Below are positions 24,796 to 37,590 of a DNA stretch of 64,000 nucleotides, in pieces. Numbering within the stretch: position 1 is the first letter of the stretch; every line of letters starts with the position of its first letter. Made by a program: the position numbers and the translations under genes. The DNA comes from Mustelus asterias (taxonomy: Eukaryota), in contig NW_027590121.1 in the NCBI RefSeq assembly GCF_964213995.1, forward strand, positions 806,001 to 870,000, written 5' to 3'. The notes below the pieces were generated by a model. It searched no databases and was not told the DNA's origin. It saw nothing but the letters and a program-made list of their open reading frames with translations.

Positions 24796-26414
24796 ATTTT
24801 ATAAGTACCCTGTTACCAAGTCCCAAACAATAAGATTTCTAATATTTCACCTACAACTGATGTTAACTGGTCTATATTCCCCATTTTCTCTCCTACTTTC
24901 TGGACTAGTTAATGTTTGCTGACTTCCGATCCTTGGGAACGGTTCGAGGGTTTAAGGAATTCTGGAAGATCAAACTAATGCATCCACTATTTCTGAAGCT
25001 CCCTCTTTTAAACCCCCAAGATGCAGGTTGTCTGGTCCGGGGAATTTGTCACCATTTAGTCCCATTAATTTCTCAAGTCTCTATTTCTATAAGACCCTCA
25101 TTCTTATTGGACAAGGGACTGTGTAACCGGTCTCCAAAGCCACCACAGCTTTGGACTTGTGCAGCTCCCACCATTGATCAATCAAACCCATTTTGATGGG
25201 AATTAAATGGCTAGTTTCATTTTTTTAAACTTTTATTCACATTGCACTTGTCAGAAAGGATCATTTAATTAACAACTTTTCTGTAAAGTTCCATAAAATG
25301 AGGTTGGAACATGTCTGTCTAGTTTTTCATTATTATTGACATTTGATGAACAGCATTACAACTCAAACGATATTGTATTGGTGACTAATGTTTAAAAATG
25401 GCTCTTCCTTGTATTAAAGTTCCCGCCCCCTTGCACTAACCCCTTGGTTCCCCAATATTATAATTTTTCTTTTGTCTTCTACCATGAAGACAGATAGATA
25501 CAAAGTATTTGTTGCATTTCTCTGCCATTTCCTTGTTCCCCATTATATGTTGACTTTTATCTGCCTCTCATAGAGAATGTTTACTTTCACTCGCTTCTTC
25601 CTATCCACATACCTACAGAAACATTTAAAAATCTACTTTCTAAACTCTTACTGGTCTGCACCCAAAAAGGGAATTGAGCTCAGAAGCGATTTTAAAACAG
25701 TTTATTGAGAAGCAACAGTTAAAACAAGATGTGTGAGTTAAATAGATAGGAAAAGCACCTGACCTGTGACAGGTGAGAGTGGTTTACAGATCCCAGAGGA
25801 CAAGCAGACGGATGAAGCCAAGTGAATGTTGATGTCCATAACTGGTGCCTATGGAAGGTTCACTTCAATGAGCCTGATTGTGGGTGTTGGGGAGAAGACA
25901 GTCAATTTGAAATCTCCTTGCTCTTGAGGGCCTGTTTTAACCTTTACATGTAGTTAGTTACTATAAGAGCCAATGGTATCAGGATTAAAAATGTCTTGCT
26001 TCAGGGCCTGTGCTAGAGACAGGTCCTTGGCAGGGAGAAAGGCTTGTCCTGTGTTTGTCAGCCAGCAAGCTTTCTTCCGAAGACAGAGGGAAAGCTCTTT
26101 CTATAATATTCCATCAGTATCCAAAGATTTTATAAGGCTATTAGATGGTGATTTCTTACAATCTGTTACTTGGATTTGACTTTTCTCCATTCCTGAGCTG
26201 AGGGAATTTCTGTTCCAGACGGGATGGGTGACATTTGGAGACTCTCGATTCTCCACCAATTCCCATTCCCCTTCTTTCTGGGGGATACTGGAGGTGTCAC
26301 TGTGTGTAGGTCAGTAAGAATTCTCAGCAAGGATTAATCAGCACTTTCTAATTGGAGATGTTCATCAGTGGAACCTCTCAGACACTGAATTGTAGAATTC
26401 GGGCCAAAGATCAA

Positions 26415-26710
26415 TAGGGCGGCAGAGTGGTTCGCACTGCTGCCTCACAGCGCCAGGACCCGGGTTCGATTCCTGATTTAGGTCACTATCTGTGCGGACT
26501 CTGCACGTTCTCCCCGTGTCTGCATGGGTTTCCTCCAGGTGCTCTGGTTTCCTCACAGTCCGAAAGATGTGCTGGTTAGGTGCATTGGCCATGCTGAATT
26601 CTCCCTCAGTGTAACCCGGACAGGCGACTAGTGTGGCGACTAGGGGATTTTCACAGTAACTTCATTGCAGTGTTAATGTAAGCCTACTTGTGACACTAAT
26701 AAATAAACTT
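26415..26710 (+). mobile_element. HE1/V-SINE (tail type 2)
   Basis: Full length; ends gacactaataaataaactt. Confidence 0.9.
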
Positions 26711-26938
26711 CACTTAAATAATTTAAGATTGAAGTAAAAGTTCTGAATCTTGTTGTGAACTAATTTCAGATGGACCGCGGTAACTGCAGCCCCAGGAACA
26801 CAATCACCTCGAGATCCAGAATATTAAACTCCAGCCCAGTTACCGGCTGTATTAACATCAGCAGAAACAAACTCCAGCTGTCAGAATGAAAGGGCCTGGT
26901 TGTCATTAACAGCAGCAATAACGGCAGAATCCAATCCC

Positions 26939-27640
26939 TCACTTGTGAACTCGCTGGTGTTTCAGCAGCTGAGATGAATCAATGAATCCCTTCCCACACT
27001 CGGAGCAGGTGAACGGCCTCTCCCCGGTGTGAACTCGTTCATGTCTCAGCAGTTGGCATGAATCAGTGAATCCCTTCCCACACATGGAGCAGGTGAATGG
27101 CCTCTCCCCAGTGTGAGCTCGCTGGTGGACAGTGAGACTGCCTGAGTGTCTGAAGCTCTTTCCACAGTCAGTGCAGCTGAATGGCCTCTCCCCAGTGTGA
27201 ACTCGCTGGTGTTTCAGCAGGGTAGATGAAAGCCTAAAGCTCATTCCACAGTCAGTGCAGCTGAATGGTTTCTCCCCCGAGTGAACTCGCTGGTGTGCCA
27301 CTAGGTTAGAGGAATTAATGAATCCCTTCCCACACACGGAGCAGGTGAATGGCCTCTCCCCAGTGTGAACCCGCCGGTGTAACGCTAGATTGTATGACTG
27401 AATGAATCTTTTCCCACACAGAGGGCAGCTAAACGGCCTCTCCCCAGTGTGAACTCACTGATGTAATGCTAGGTTGGATGACTGAGTGAAATCCTTCCCA
27501 CATATGGAGCAGGTGAAGGGTCTCTCCCCAGTGTGGGTGCGTCGATGTGTTTCCAGTTTGGATGGGCAAGTGAATGCTTTCCCACAGTCCCCACATATCC
27601 ACGGTTTCTCTGTAGTGTCGGTGTCATCATGTCTCTCCAT
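26939..27640 (-). pseudogene. ZF5: 8-finger C2H2 gene with a single nonsense codon
   Basis: [16 protein letters not shown].. stays in frame throughout except HQ*VH (TGA at 27455-27457). Confidence 0.85.
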
Positions 27641-28439
27641 GTTGATGATCAGTTGAAGCTTCGTCCACACACACAACACGTGTATAGTTTCTCCTCACTG
27701 TGAATGGTGATGTTTTTTCAGGCTGTGTAACTGGTTAAAGCTCTTTCCACAGTCAGTTCACTGGAACACTCTCACTCGGGTGTGCGTGTGTCTTGGTGCT
27801 TTTCCAGTCACACTGATGTTTGAAATCTTTTCCCACAGACAAAACAAACAAACATTTCTCCTTCCACTTTCCAAGTACGATGATATCCAGGTCCTATGAA
27901 TCGAGTGATTCTGTCAGATCTTCATGTGATGTCTGGTTTGAGATTCCCGACTGCAATCCTCAACTTCTAATAGCTGTAAAAACCATCAATAAAAGTCATC
28001 ACTGACAGTCCAGGATAGAAATTCTGAACAGACAATTCTAGTTTCTCTGGAACTTTTTCCTCTCGAACCCCCAAAGTTGCAGATCCCCATCCCACACACT
28101 CTCCCTCCTCCCTGAACTGAAATCCAAATAAATTGACAGATAATTATTTCAGTTTCCTCTTAAAAAATGTGTACAACTAGAGATGGTATTTTTGATGATT
28201 CACTTCATTCATAACACATGAGAAAACATTAATCTGAATCACCCTGACCCGATGAGTCAGAATAGCAGATGTTAACTTTGTGTCCAGAACTGACTGTTTC
28301 GAGATTTGATGAGAAATTGTGAAGGGGGTTTCTCTAAACCGCCCTCTCTAACTAAGTTAAACCTGGTTTCAGTCTCAGGGCCCATTCTGCTTTCTGGTTC
28401 TCTTCCTGCTGACTAATTAACCTCAATTAAATATCAAGA

Positions 28440-29130
28440 GTACTGAAGCCACTGCTTTTGGTCCCCCTTCCAAGTCTTGTTCCTTTGCAATCCACTCAAT
28501 CCCTCTTCCTGGCAAATATCTGAAATTAAGCCGGTTTGTTCATAACCTCGGTGTCCCATTTGATCCCAAGTTTCTGGGACGGCCTATTTCCACCTCAGTA
28601 ACATCACATGACCTCAGCTCTACCTCAGTGCATCTGCTGCTCAAACCCTCATTCAGGCCATTGTTACCGCCAAACTCAACTATTCCATTGCACTTGACGT
28701 TTTACCCGTGGAAATGTGAAGTCATCCAAAAGTCTGCTACTCCTTTCCTAATTAACAGCAAGTCCCTGATCACCCCTGTCCTCCGTGACTTGCCTTGGCT
28801 CCCAGTCATGCAATACCTTGATTGTAAAATTCTCATCTTTGTTTTCAAATCGTTCCATGGCTTCAGCCCTCCTGATCTCTGTAATCTTCCCACAAACATC
28901 CGAGATATCAGTGCTGCTCTTGTACATTCCCTACTGTAATTGCTCCATGACTGGTGGTTGTGCCTTCAGTTCTTCAGCCCCAGGATCTGAATTTCCTTCC
29001 TACACCTCTCAGTCTCTACCTCACTTTCCTCCTTTAAGCCTCTCTTTAAAACTCACCTCTTTGTCCAAGTTTTTGGTCATCTGTCCTAATATCTCCTGAT
29101 GTATCTGGGAATCTCACTTTGTTTTATAAT
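28440..29130 (+). mobile_element. L2-clade LINE 3' fragment
   Basis: ITPVLRDLPWLPV..KILIFVFKSFHG..P.L resembles the L2 ORF2 C-terminus. Confidence 0.7.
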
Positions 29131-29137
29131 GTTCCTT

Positions 29138-29403
29138 AAAGTTTATTTATCAGTCACAAGTAAGACTTACATTAACACTGCAATGAAGTTACTGTGAAAT
29201 TCCCCTAGTCGTCACACTCCAGCACCTGTTTGGGTCAATGCACCTAACCAGCACATCTTTCCGACTGTGGGAGGAAACCATAGTACCCGAAGGAAACCCA
29301 CACACACACAGGGGAGAATGTACAAACTCCACACAGTGACCCAAGCCGGGAATTGAATCCTGGCGCTGTGAGGCAGCAGTGTTAACCACTGTGCCACCGT
29401 GCC
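29138..29403 (-). mobile_element. HE1/V-SINE (tail type 2)
   Basis: Match to other copies. Confidence 0.85.
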
Positions 29404-29616
29404 ACTTGTGTGAAGTGCACTGGGATGATTTATGATGTTATAAATAGAAGTTGCTGTTGGCTATAATTCTGACCTCCTGTTTTACAACAACCCACTGATT
29501 TCACAACAAACTCTATCTCTGATGTTTTGTTTGTTGAGGATTATCCATTTGGTTTTGCCCTTAATAAAGATGGCCGATGTTAACGTCTGAGGATTTTGCC
29601 TCGCAAATTGAGGGAT

Positions 29617-29915
29617 TAAAGTTTAATTATTAGTGTCACAAGTAGGTTTACATTAACACTGCAATGAAGTTACTGTGAGAATCCCCTAGTCGCCACACTC
29701 CGGCAGCTGTTCGGGTACACCGAGGGAAAATTTAGCACGGCCAATGCACCCGAACCAGCACGTCTTTCAGACTGTGGGAGGAAACCGGAGCACCCGGAGG
29801 AAACCCACGCAGACACGGGGAGAATGTGCAGACTCCACACAGACACTGACCCAGGCTGGGAATTGAACCCGGCTCCCTGGCGCTGTGAAGCAGCAGTGTT
29901 AACCACTGTGTCACC
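29617..29915 (-). mobile_element. HE1/V-SINE (tail type 2)
   Basis: Match to other copies. Confidence 0.85.
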
Positions 29916-29929
29916 CTGACCCGAGATCC

Positions 29930-30830
29930 GGCACCTGACCGACACCGGGTGTTTATGAAGCCTCACCGCCCGGATCCATTTATGTTTCCGGTTTTCTTTC
30001 GGGCTCTGGATCCGCGCCATTTAAAATTCCCATTGAAAACCCGCCGGCTCGAGCTCCTTCCCGCCTGCGGATCCACAAAGTGTTTCCAAATCCTCCCAGC
30101 CACCGCCTAACGCTGACTCCGCTTCTCCGGGACAAACAAGCGCCAAGGACAGCAATGACACTGCGCATGCACCACATCACAATGCCCGGGGACTGATTGA
30201 CGGCAGCTCCGGACCAATAGGAAGAGGGGGCGGGACTGGAGGACCGAGCGGGGGCGGCTGGTCCTCCAACCAATCGGAGTAAATGAGAGGCGGGTCCAGG
30301 CTGGGAGTGGAGCATGCGCAAAGATGATCAGGCGCCGGGGAGCCTGGGAACGCACTGCGCAGGTGTGGTGAGCACAGTAAGAAGTCACAACACCAGGTGA
30401 AAGTCCAACAGGTTTATTTGGAATCAGGAGCTTTCGGAGCGCCGCCCCTTCATCAGGTGACTCACCCAGTCCAACACCGGCACCTCCACATCAGGTGGTG
30501 TGGGTGCACGGTCTGAGCATGCTCAGTGTCAGTCATGGTGTTGGGCAGGGTTCGGGAGGAGATTGTGAGCACAGGGTGGGAATGGAAACCACGGCTGCAC
30601 TGGAAACAGCACCAACTTCTGGCCCAGGTTTTACCGTGGGGACAGGCCCGAGGAGAGCGCTGAGCTGGTGGCTGGACATTGGGGAGGATTTGGAAACACT
30701 TTGTGGATCCGCAAACCCTTCAGAATCATTGTCAGCTCCCTGGTTTGCAGCTGCGGGGCTTCTCCCTCCCTCCCTCCCGGGAACAGGCCCAGGTTAACGG
30801 CCCCATCCTGGCTCAGCCACTGGAGGATGG
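29930..30830. promoter_or_regulatory. CpG-island bidirectional promoter / first exons between ZF5(-) and ZF6(+)
   Basis: NRF1 tgcgcatgc 30162 and ~30313; CCAAT ~30214 and ~30270; GC box; paralogous to 44593-44910; Penelope fragment at ~30372-30492. Confidence 0.7.
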
Positions 30831-31046
30831 TTCACATCAGAGGATGGGGGAGGGGGACAATAAATAAGAGGTTACACTTTGGCCTCAAATCAATGAGGAC
30901 TCTGATCTCTGGGAAGGAAGGAAACCCTGGGAGGTGGGCGGGGAGGATTCACAAACACCCGCTGGAGGCCCCAACACCCCCAATAAGACCCATTGGTTTT
31001 ATTGTCAGTCTGCAGACAGCAGCTGGAGAACTGAACCCAGACAGAT

Positions 31047-31390
31047 CATAGAATAGAATCCCTACAGTGCAGAAAGAGGCCATTTGGCCCATCGAGTCTG
31101 CACCGACCACAATCCCACCCAGGCCCTACTCCCTTATCCCTACATATTTTACCCGCTAATCCCTCTAAACTACGCATCTCAGGACATTGAGGGGCAATTT
31201 TAGCATGGCCAATCAACCTAACCCGCACATCTTTGGACTGTGGGAGGAAACCGGAGCACCCGGAGGAAACCCACGCAGACACGAGGAGAATGTGCAAACT
31301 CCACACAGACAGTGACCCAAGCCGGGAATCGAACCCAGGACCCTGGAGCTGTGAAGCAGCAGTGCTAACCACTGTGCTACCGTGCCGCCC
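31047..31390 (-). mobile_element. HE1/V-SINE, young
   Basis: Full length. Confidence 0.9.
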
Positions 31391-32374
31391 ACAGAGGAGA
31401 GGGAGGGAGAAAACTGGGAGTGGAGGAAAGAGTTCAGCATTTCTATTGTGGACTGACACTGATAGATGTTTGAAAACTGCTTTTACACACGGTTACAAGT
31501 CGACGAATTTCACACAACCCCAAATCACACAATCTCTCTGTGATTTCTATTCTGCATTGACTGTGATGTTTTTTGTAAACAGAGATGACAGCTTTCAGGA
31601 AAGATTAAATGGATTGAAGTTTTTTCCTGTAGAGCAGTGACCTGATAAAAGTCTTTAAAATTATTCGTGGCTTGGACAGGGGAAATGTGGGGAGAATGTT
31701 CCACTTGTGACAGAGTCTAAAAGAAGGAACGATCAATAAACAAAGAGTCATAAATACAAGATTGTTACTAATAAATCCAAGAAGGCAATAAGGACAAATT
31801 TCTTCACTCACAGGTTTAGAAACACCATAGAAATGAGTTGAGGAAAGTGCTGAGATTGTTTCAAAAGGAAACGGGAGAAGCACACGAGAGAAAAAGAAAT
31901 AGAAAAATCAACTGAAAGGCTGAGATGAGGTCTATGGGACAGGAGAAGATGTGTCAAGTATAAAGAATTAAACTGAATGGCTTGTTTGTGTCTTGTATAT
32001 TCAAAGTAATTCAATGTAAACTCCTTTTCCAGAATATCTGCAGACGGGCGATTCAAACCAATCATCTCAGGATCTGACAGTGTCACATGGTTCTTCAGGA
32101 TCTGAATATCAAAGGCCCATGAATGTGGAAGGAGAAACGTTTGCCTATTTTGTCTTTGGGAAATTATTCAACATCAGTGTGACTGGAAAAGCCCCGAGAC
32201 ACAGACATCTCAGTTATTTTTCCACAGTCAGCTGGAACGGAGCTTTAACCAGTCACACAGCGTGAAAAGAAATAGCACATTTACATCAGGTAGACACCGT
32301 ACTCGTGTTCTTTGTGTGGACCTGGTTTCAACTGATTATATAACCTAGAGAGACAGGAGGACACCTGCACCATG

Positions 32375-32499
32375 TGAACAAGGAGCAGCAATAGGCCATT
32401 CGGCCCCACGGGCCAGTTCCGCCATTTAATAACATCATGGCTGATCTGATAGTGAACTCAAATCTGCATCCCGCCTACACCCGATAGCCTGTCAATAAT
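32375..32499 (-). mobile_element. CR1 3'-end fragment inserted at the ZF6 start codon
   Basis: TSD catg at 32371-32374 and 32500-32503. Confidence 0.8.
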
Positions 32500-32500
32500 C

Positions 32501-33568
32501 ATGGAGAAACCGTGGAAATGTGCGGACTGTGGGACAGGATTCAATTACCCATCTGAATTGGAAACCCATCGACGTATTCACACTGGGGAGAGACCATTCA
32601 CCTGCTGTGTGTGTGGGAAGGGATTCACTCAGTCATCCAGCCTGTACACACACCAGCATGTCCATACTGGTGAGAGGCCATTCACCTGTCTTCAATGTGG
32701 GAAGGGATTTAATGCTTTATCAAACCTCCGGACTCACCACCAGGTTCACTCTGATCAGAGACCGTTTAAATGTTGTGAGTGTGGGAAGAGCTTTAAAAGC
32801 AGAAAAGATTTGTTGATTCACCAACGCACTCACACTGGGGAGAGGCCATTCATCTGCAACATGTGTGGTAAGGGATTCACTCAGTCATCCCACCTCCTGA
32901 CACACCAAACTGTTCACACTGATCAGAGACCATTTAAATGTTCTGATTGCGAGAAGAACTTTAAAAGTACAAAGGATTTACTGATTCACCAACGCACTCA
33001 CAGTGGAGAGAGGCCGTTCATCTGCTCCGTGTGTGGGAAGGGATTCACTTGTTCATCCCAGCTCCTGAAACATCGATTTGTTCACACTGATCAGAGACCT
33101 ATCAATTGTCCTGAATGTGAGAAAACATTTAAAAGCAAAAAGGATCTTCTGAAACACCAGCACACTCACACTGGGGAGAGGCCGTTCACCTGCTCTCTCT
33201 GTGGGAAGGGATTCACTCGGTTACCTCACCTTCTGAGACACCATCGAGTTCACACTGGGGAGAGGCCGTTCACCTGCCCTGTGTGTTGTCAGGAATTCAT
33301 TGATACATCCGACCTTCTGATACACCGGCGAGTTCACACTGGAGAGAGACCTTACACTTGCCTCCTGTGCGGCAAGAGATTCACTCAGTCATCCCACCTG
33401 ACTACACACCAACTTGTTCACACTGATCAGAGACCTTTTGAATGTTCTGATTGTGAGAAGAGATTTAAAAGTAAACAGAATCTGCTGAAACACCAGCGAG
33501 TTCACACTGGGGAAAGGCCGTTCAACTGCTCCATGTGTGGGAAGGGATTCGCTCAAACAACCTGCTGA
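32501..33568 (+). CDS. ZF6: C2H2 zinc-finger protein, 355 aa, 12 intact fingers, 13th broken by a small deletion
   Basis: Open ORF from MEKPWKC; alternating TGERP/TDQRP fingers. Confidence 0.85.
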   Translation: MEKPWKCADCGTGFNYPSELETHRRIHTGERPFTCCVCGKGFTQSSSLYTHQHVHTGERPFTCLQCGKGFNALSNLRTHHQVHSDQRPFKCCECGKSFKSRKDLLIHQRTHTGERPFICNMCGKGFTQSSHLLTHQTVHTDQRPFKCSDCEKNFKSTKDLLIHQRTHSGERPFICSVCGKGFTCSSQLLKHRFVHTDQRPINCPECEKTFKSKKDLLKHQHTHTGERPFTCSLCGKGFTRLPHLLRHHRVHTGERPFTCPVCCQEFIDTSDLLIHRRVHTGERPYTCLLCGKRFTQSSHLTTHQLVHTDQRPFECSDCEKRFKSKQNLLKHQRVHTGERPFNCSMCGKGFAQTTC

Positions 33569-33649
33569 AACACCAGCAAGTTCACAGGCGACAGCAGGGG
33601 TTGGATTCTGCTGTTATTGCTGCTGTTAATCACACCCAGGACTGAATAG

Positions 33650-35170
33650 TGTCTGGTTACCAGTGAGGTTCCACAGTTTTGTGGTATATATCAATGACTT
33701 AGACTTAAATGTAAGGGTCATGATTCAGTTTGCAGATGATACAACAATTGTATTTGTGTTTAACAATCCAGAAGAAAGCCGTGGACTGCAGGAAGATATC
33801 AGTGGGCTGGTCAGATGGGCAGAAAAATGGCACATGGAATTCGATCTGGAGCAGTGAGAGAGAATGAATTTGGGACATTAGACAAGACAAGGGAATGAAC
33901 AGTAAAGGGATGATGCTGAGAATTATAGAGGATCAGAGAGAACCTGGAGCCAACATCCAGGCATCCGTGAAGGAGGCTGGACAGGTAGATCATAAGACCG
34001 GAAGATGTAGGAGCAGAATTAGGCCATTCAGCCCATTGAGTCTGTTCTGCCATTCAATCAAGGCTGATACGTTTCTCAATCAGGTGGTCAAGAAGACATT
34101 TGGCCCAAGCCTAGTGTATAAGAGGAGGGAGATTATGCTCAAACTGAAGCAGAGAGTGGGAGTCAATGGATCCTTTTCAGAGTGGGAAGCAGTGACTAGT
34201 GGGTCCGGCAGGTTCAGTGCTGCAACCCCAGCTGTTCATGATATACATTAATGATTTGGATGAAGGAATTGAATGCAATCTCTCCAATTTTCAGCCGACA
34301 CTAAGCTGGGTGGCAGTGTGTGCTGTGAGGAGGATCCTGAGAGGCTACAGGGGGGCTTGGACAGGCTGAGTGGGCAGATACTTGGCAAATGCAATATAAT
34401 GTGGATAAATGTGAGGTTATCAACTTTGGTGGCAAAAACAGGAAGAAAGATTATTATCTGAATGGTGGCAGTTTAGGAAAAGGGGAAGTGCATCGTGACC
34501 TGGATGTCATGGTGGGACAGTTGCTGAAGGTTGGCATGCAGGTACAGCAGGCAGTGAGGAAAGCTAATGGCATGCTGGCCTTCATAGCGAGAGGATTTGA
34601 GTATAGGAGTAAAGAGGTTTTGCTCAGTTGTACAGGGCCTTGGTAAAGCCACACCTTGAGTATTGTGTGCGTTTTTGGTCTCCTAGTCTGAGGAAGGACA
34701 TTCTTGCTATTGAGGGAGTCCAGCTAAGGTTCACCAGACTGATTTCTGGAATGGCAGGACTGACATATGAAGAGAGACTGGATCGACTGGGCTTTTACTC
34801 ACTGGAATTTAGAATGAGAGGGGATCTCAGAGAAACATTTAAAATCCTGATGGGACTGGACAGGCTCGATGCTGTCCCAACATGTTCCCAATGTTGGGGA
34901 AGTCCAGAACTAGGGGTTACAATCTTAGACTGAGATGAGGAAGAACTTCTTGTTGTGAACCTGTGGAAGTCTCTACCACAGAAAGCTGTTGGGGCCAGTT
35001 CATTAAATATGTTCAAGAGGGAGCTGGATGTGACTCTTGTGACTAAAGGGACCACAAGGGGTATGGAGAGAAAGTGGGACTGTGATACTGAAAGTGCATG
35101 ATCTGCCATGATCATATTGAATGGTGGTGAAGGCTCGAAGGGCCGAATAGCCGACTCCACCTATTTTCTA
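33650..35170 (+). mobile_element. Nested CR1 LINE RT fragments inserted in the ZF6 3'UTR
   Basis: YINDLD, FADDT, YRALVKPHLEYCV motifs; conserved ZF 3'UTR resumes ~35735. Confidence 0.85.
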
Positions 35171-36799
35171 TGTTTATAAAATGCTTCATAAAACGTTCTG
35201 CAGAAGGATCATTTAGATCCAAAAGATTAACTCTGTTTCTCCCCACAGATGCTGCCAGACCTGCTGAGGTTACCCAGCATAGTTTGTTTATATTTATAAA
35301 ATGCTAGTTAGAGCAAGCTGGAGTACTGAGCTCTGTTCTCGTTACCAGATTAATCAGTTATAAAAGTATATGTCTAGTAAAGCTGTGTGGCAGAAAGCTG
35401 AAGCCAGTTGGCGATTTTTTAATATAATTACAATCTGTTCAATTTTCAAATCTAGTGAATAAAGGATTGAAGGATTGGGAGGGTTCGTGGAGGAATCATT
35501 TCACCCGGAGAGTGATGGGGATCTGGAACTCACTGCCTGAAAGGACGGGAGAGGCAGAAACCCTCATCACATTAAACAGGAACTCAGATACACAGCTGAG
35601 ATTCTGTAACACACAGAGGGACAGATCAAGAGCTGGAAAGTAGGGTGAAACTGGACAGTAGTTTCCCAGCCAGCACAGACCTGATGGGCTGAATGGCCTC
35701 CTGCTGTTCAGTGAATTTTCTATATTTCAGTTCTGACAGTTGGAGTTTGTTTCTGCTGATGTTAACTCCTCGAACTGGGCTGTAGTGTAATATTCTGGAT
35801 AAATGTGAAATCAGCTTGATTAAAACATCAGAGTAGATTTTTTGTCTTTCCCACCTGTGTTACCTGATTGTATTCTGATTTTCTTATCAGTAACACAACT
35901 AACCTCAGCCGCCCCAATCTGCGAATGACTTAGTAAATCCCTTCCCTAACAGCACTGCGAGTGTCCCTCAAACCACAGGGACTGCAGCGGTTCAGGAAGG
36001 CAGCTCACCACCACCTCAAGGGCAATAAGGAATAGGCAATAAAAATACTGGTCCAGCCAGTGACACCCACACCCCGTGAAAAGAAAATGTCTGTTCAAAC
36101 AAGACTTAATTAAGGCAGGACAGGATTCTTTGGATAATAAATTTTACAACATTAAATTAACATTAAAATTATTTTTAAAGGAAAGAGATTTGCATATCAA
36201 TTCAGGAAAACTTCCAAGATGGTGCTGGAGTGAGGCGACTTCTTGCAAGCTGCGCCCAGCATACCCTCTAATTCTATCTTCTACTCGTTCGATGCTTCTA
36301 AAACTTTATTCTAACTCTTATGACTGCAACACTACATTCTGCATCCTCTCCTTCTCTATGTATGGTACTCTTTGTATAGCACACAAGGAACAATGCTTTT
36401 CACTGTATGCTAATACATGTGACAATAATAAATCAAATCAAATCAGACAATGATTTTTGCAACTTTATCGAGGTGTTGATCCATCACAGCGTTCCCCTCT
36501 CAAGACTCTTGTCTCAGATACAGTCCCACTTGCTGAGATGTACATGTGATTCTTGCCTCGAGTGAGTGTCTTCAGTAATCAGCCAGCCACAAATCATTAC
36601 GGAGCCCTGACTTTTCACCCCTGAGTGGCCAGCTCCCTGTGTCAGAGTCAAGCTTTCCCTCAGTGAATAATTACCTCAAGCTGCTGCTCGGGTTAATCCA
36701 ATTAGTTCTTAGGCACAGTGGCCACCCAACCTCAGTACATCAGACAAGAATACAAAAGAGCTAAAATCTCTTGACTTTCAAGTACTTCGCTATCCACTA

Positions 36800-37590
36800 T
36801 TTAAGGTGAGAGGGGAGAAATACAAAAGTGTCCAGAGGGGCAATTTTTTCACACAGAGGGTGGTGAGTGTCTGGAACAAGCTGCCAGAGGTAGTAGTAGA
36901 GACGGGTTCAATTTTAGCTTTTAAAAAGCATTTAGAAAGCTACATGGGTACGATGGGTATAGAGGGATATGGGCCAAATGTGGGCAATTGGGATTCGTTT
37001 AGGGGTTTTTAAAAAAAAAGGGCGGCATGGACAAGTTGGGCTGAAGGGCCTGTTTCCATGCAGTAAACCTCTATGACTCTATGACACTGGATCAAACTAA
37101 ACATTATAATGTACCATTCCTTGGGACCTTTATCTAGGATCCTTCATTATTAGAACAGTTTGTCTGAAATTACTGTTTCTCACACAGAGAGACATGCAAT
37201 AATTCAACGTAACGAGTTTTGAATGAAAATCCAGTCTTTCCAATATGATTATTGATTCATTATTTATAACTTAATCAAGGTTCATCAATTGTACAATCAT
37301 CTGTTTCATGACTGGTTACTCCCTTCAGAATTTGATTAATACAGAAAATAAAATGAGCTCTTTCATCACATAGAGTCAGAGTGTCTGCAACAAGCTGCCA
37401 GAGGTAGTAGTAGAGGTGGGTACAATTTTGTCTTTTAAAAAGCATTTAGATAGTTACATGGGTACAATGGGTATAGAGGGATACGGGCCAAATGCATGCA
37501 ATTGGGATTAGCTTAGGGGTTTCAAAAAAGGCCAGCATGGACAAGTTGGGCCGAAGGGCCTGTTTCCATGCTGTAAACCTCTATGACTCT
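36800..37590 (+). mobile_element. Two HER1/CR1 3'-end fragments
   Basis: FFTQRVVSVWNKLP..ctatgactctat tails at 36800-37085 and 37375-37590. Confidence 0.8.
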
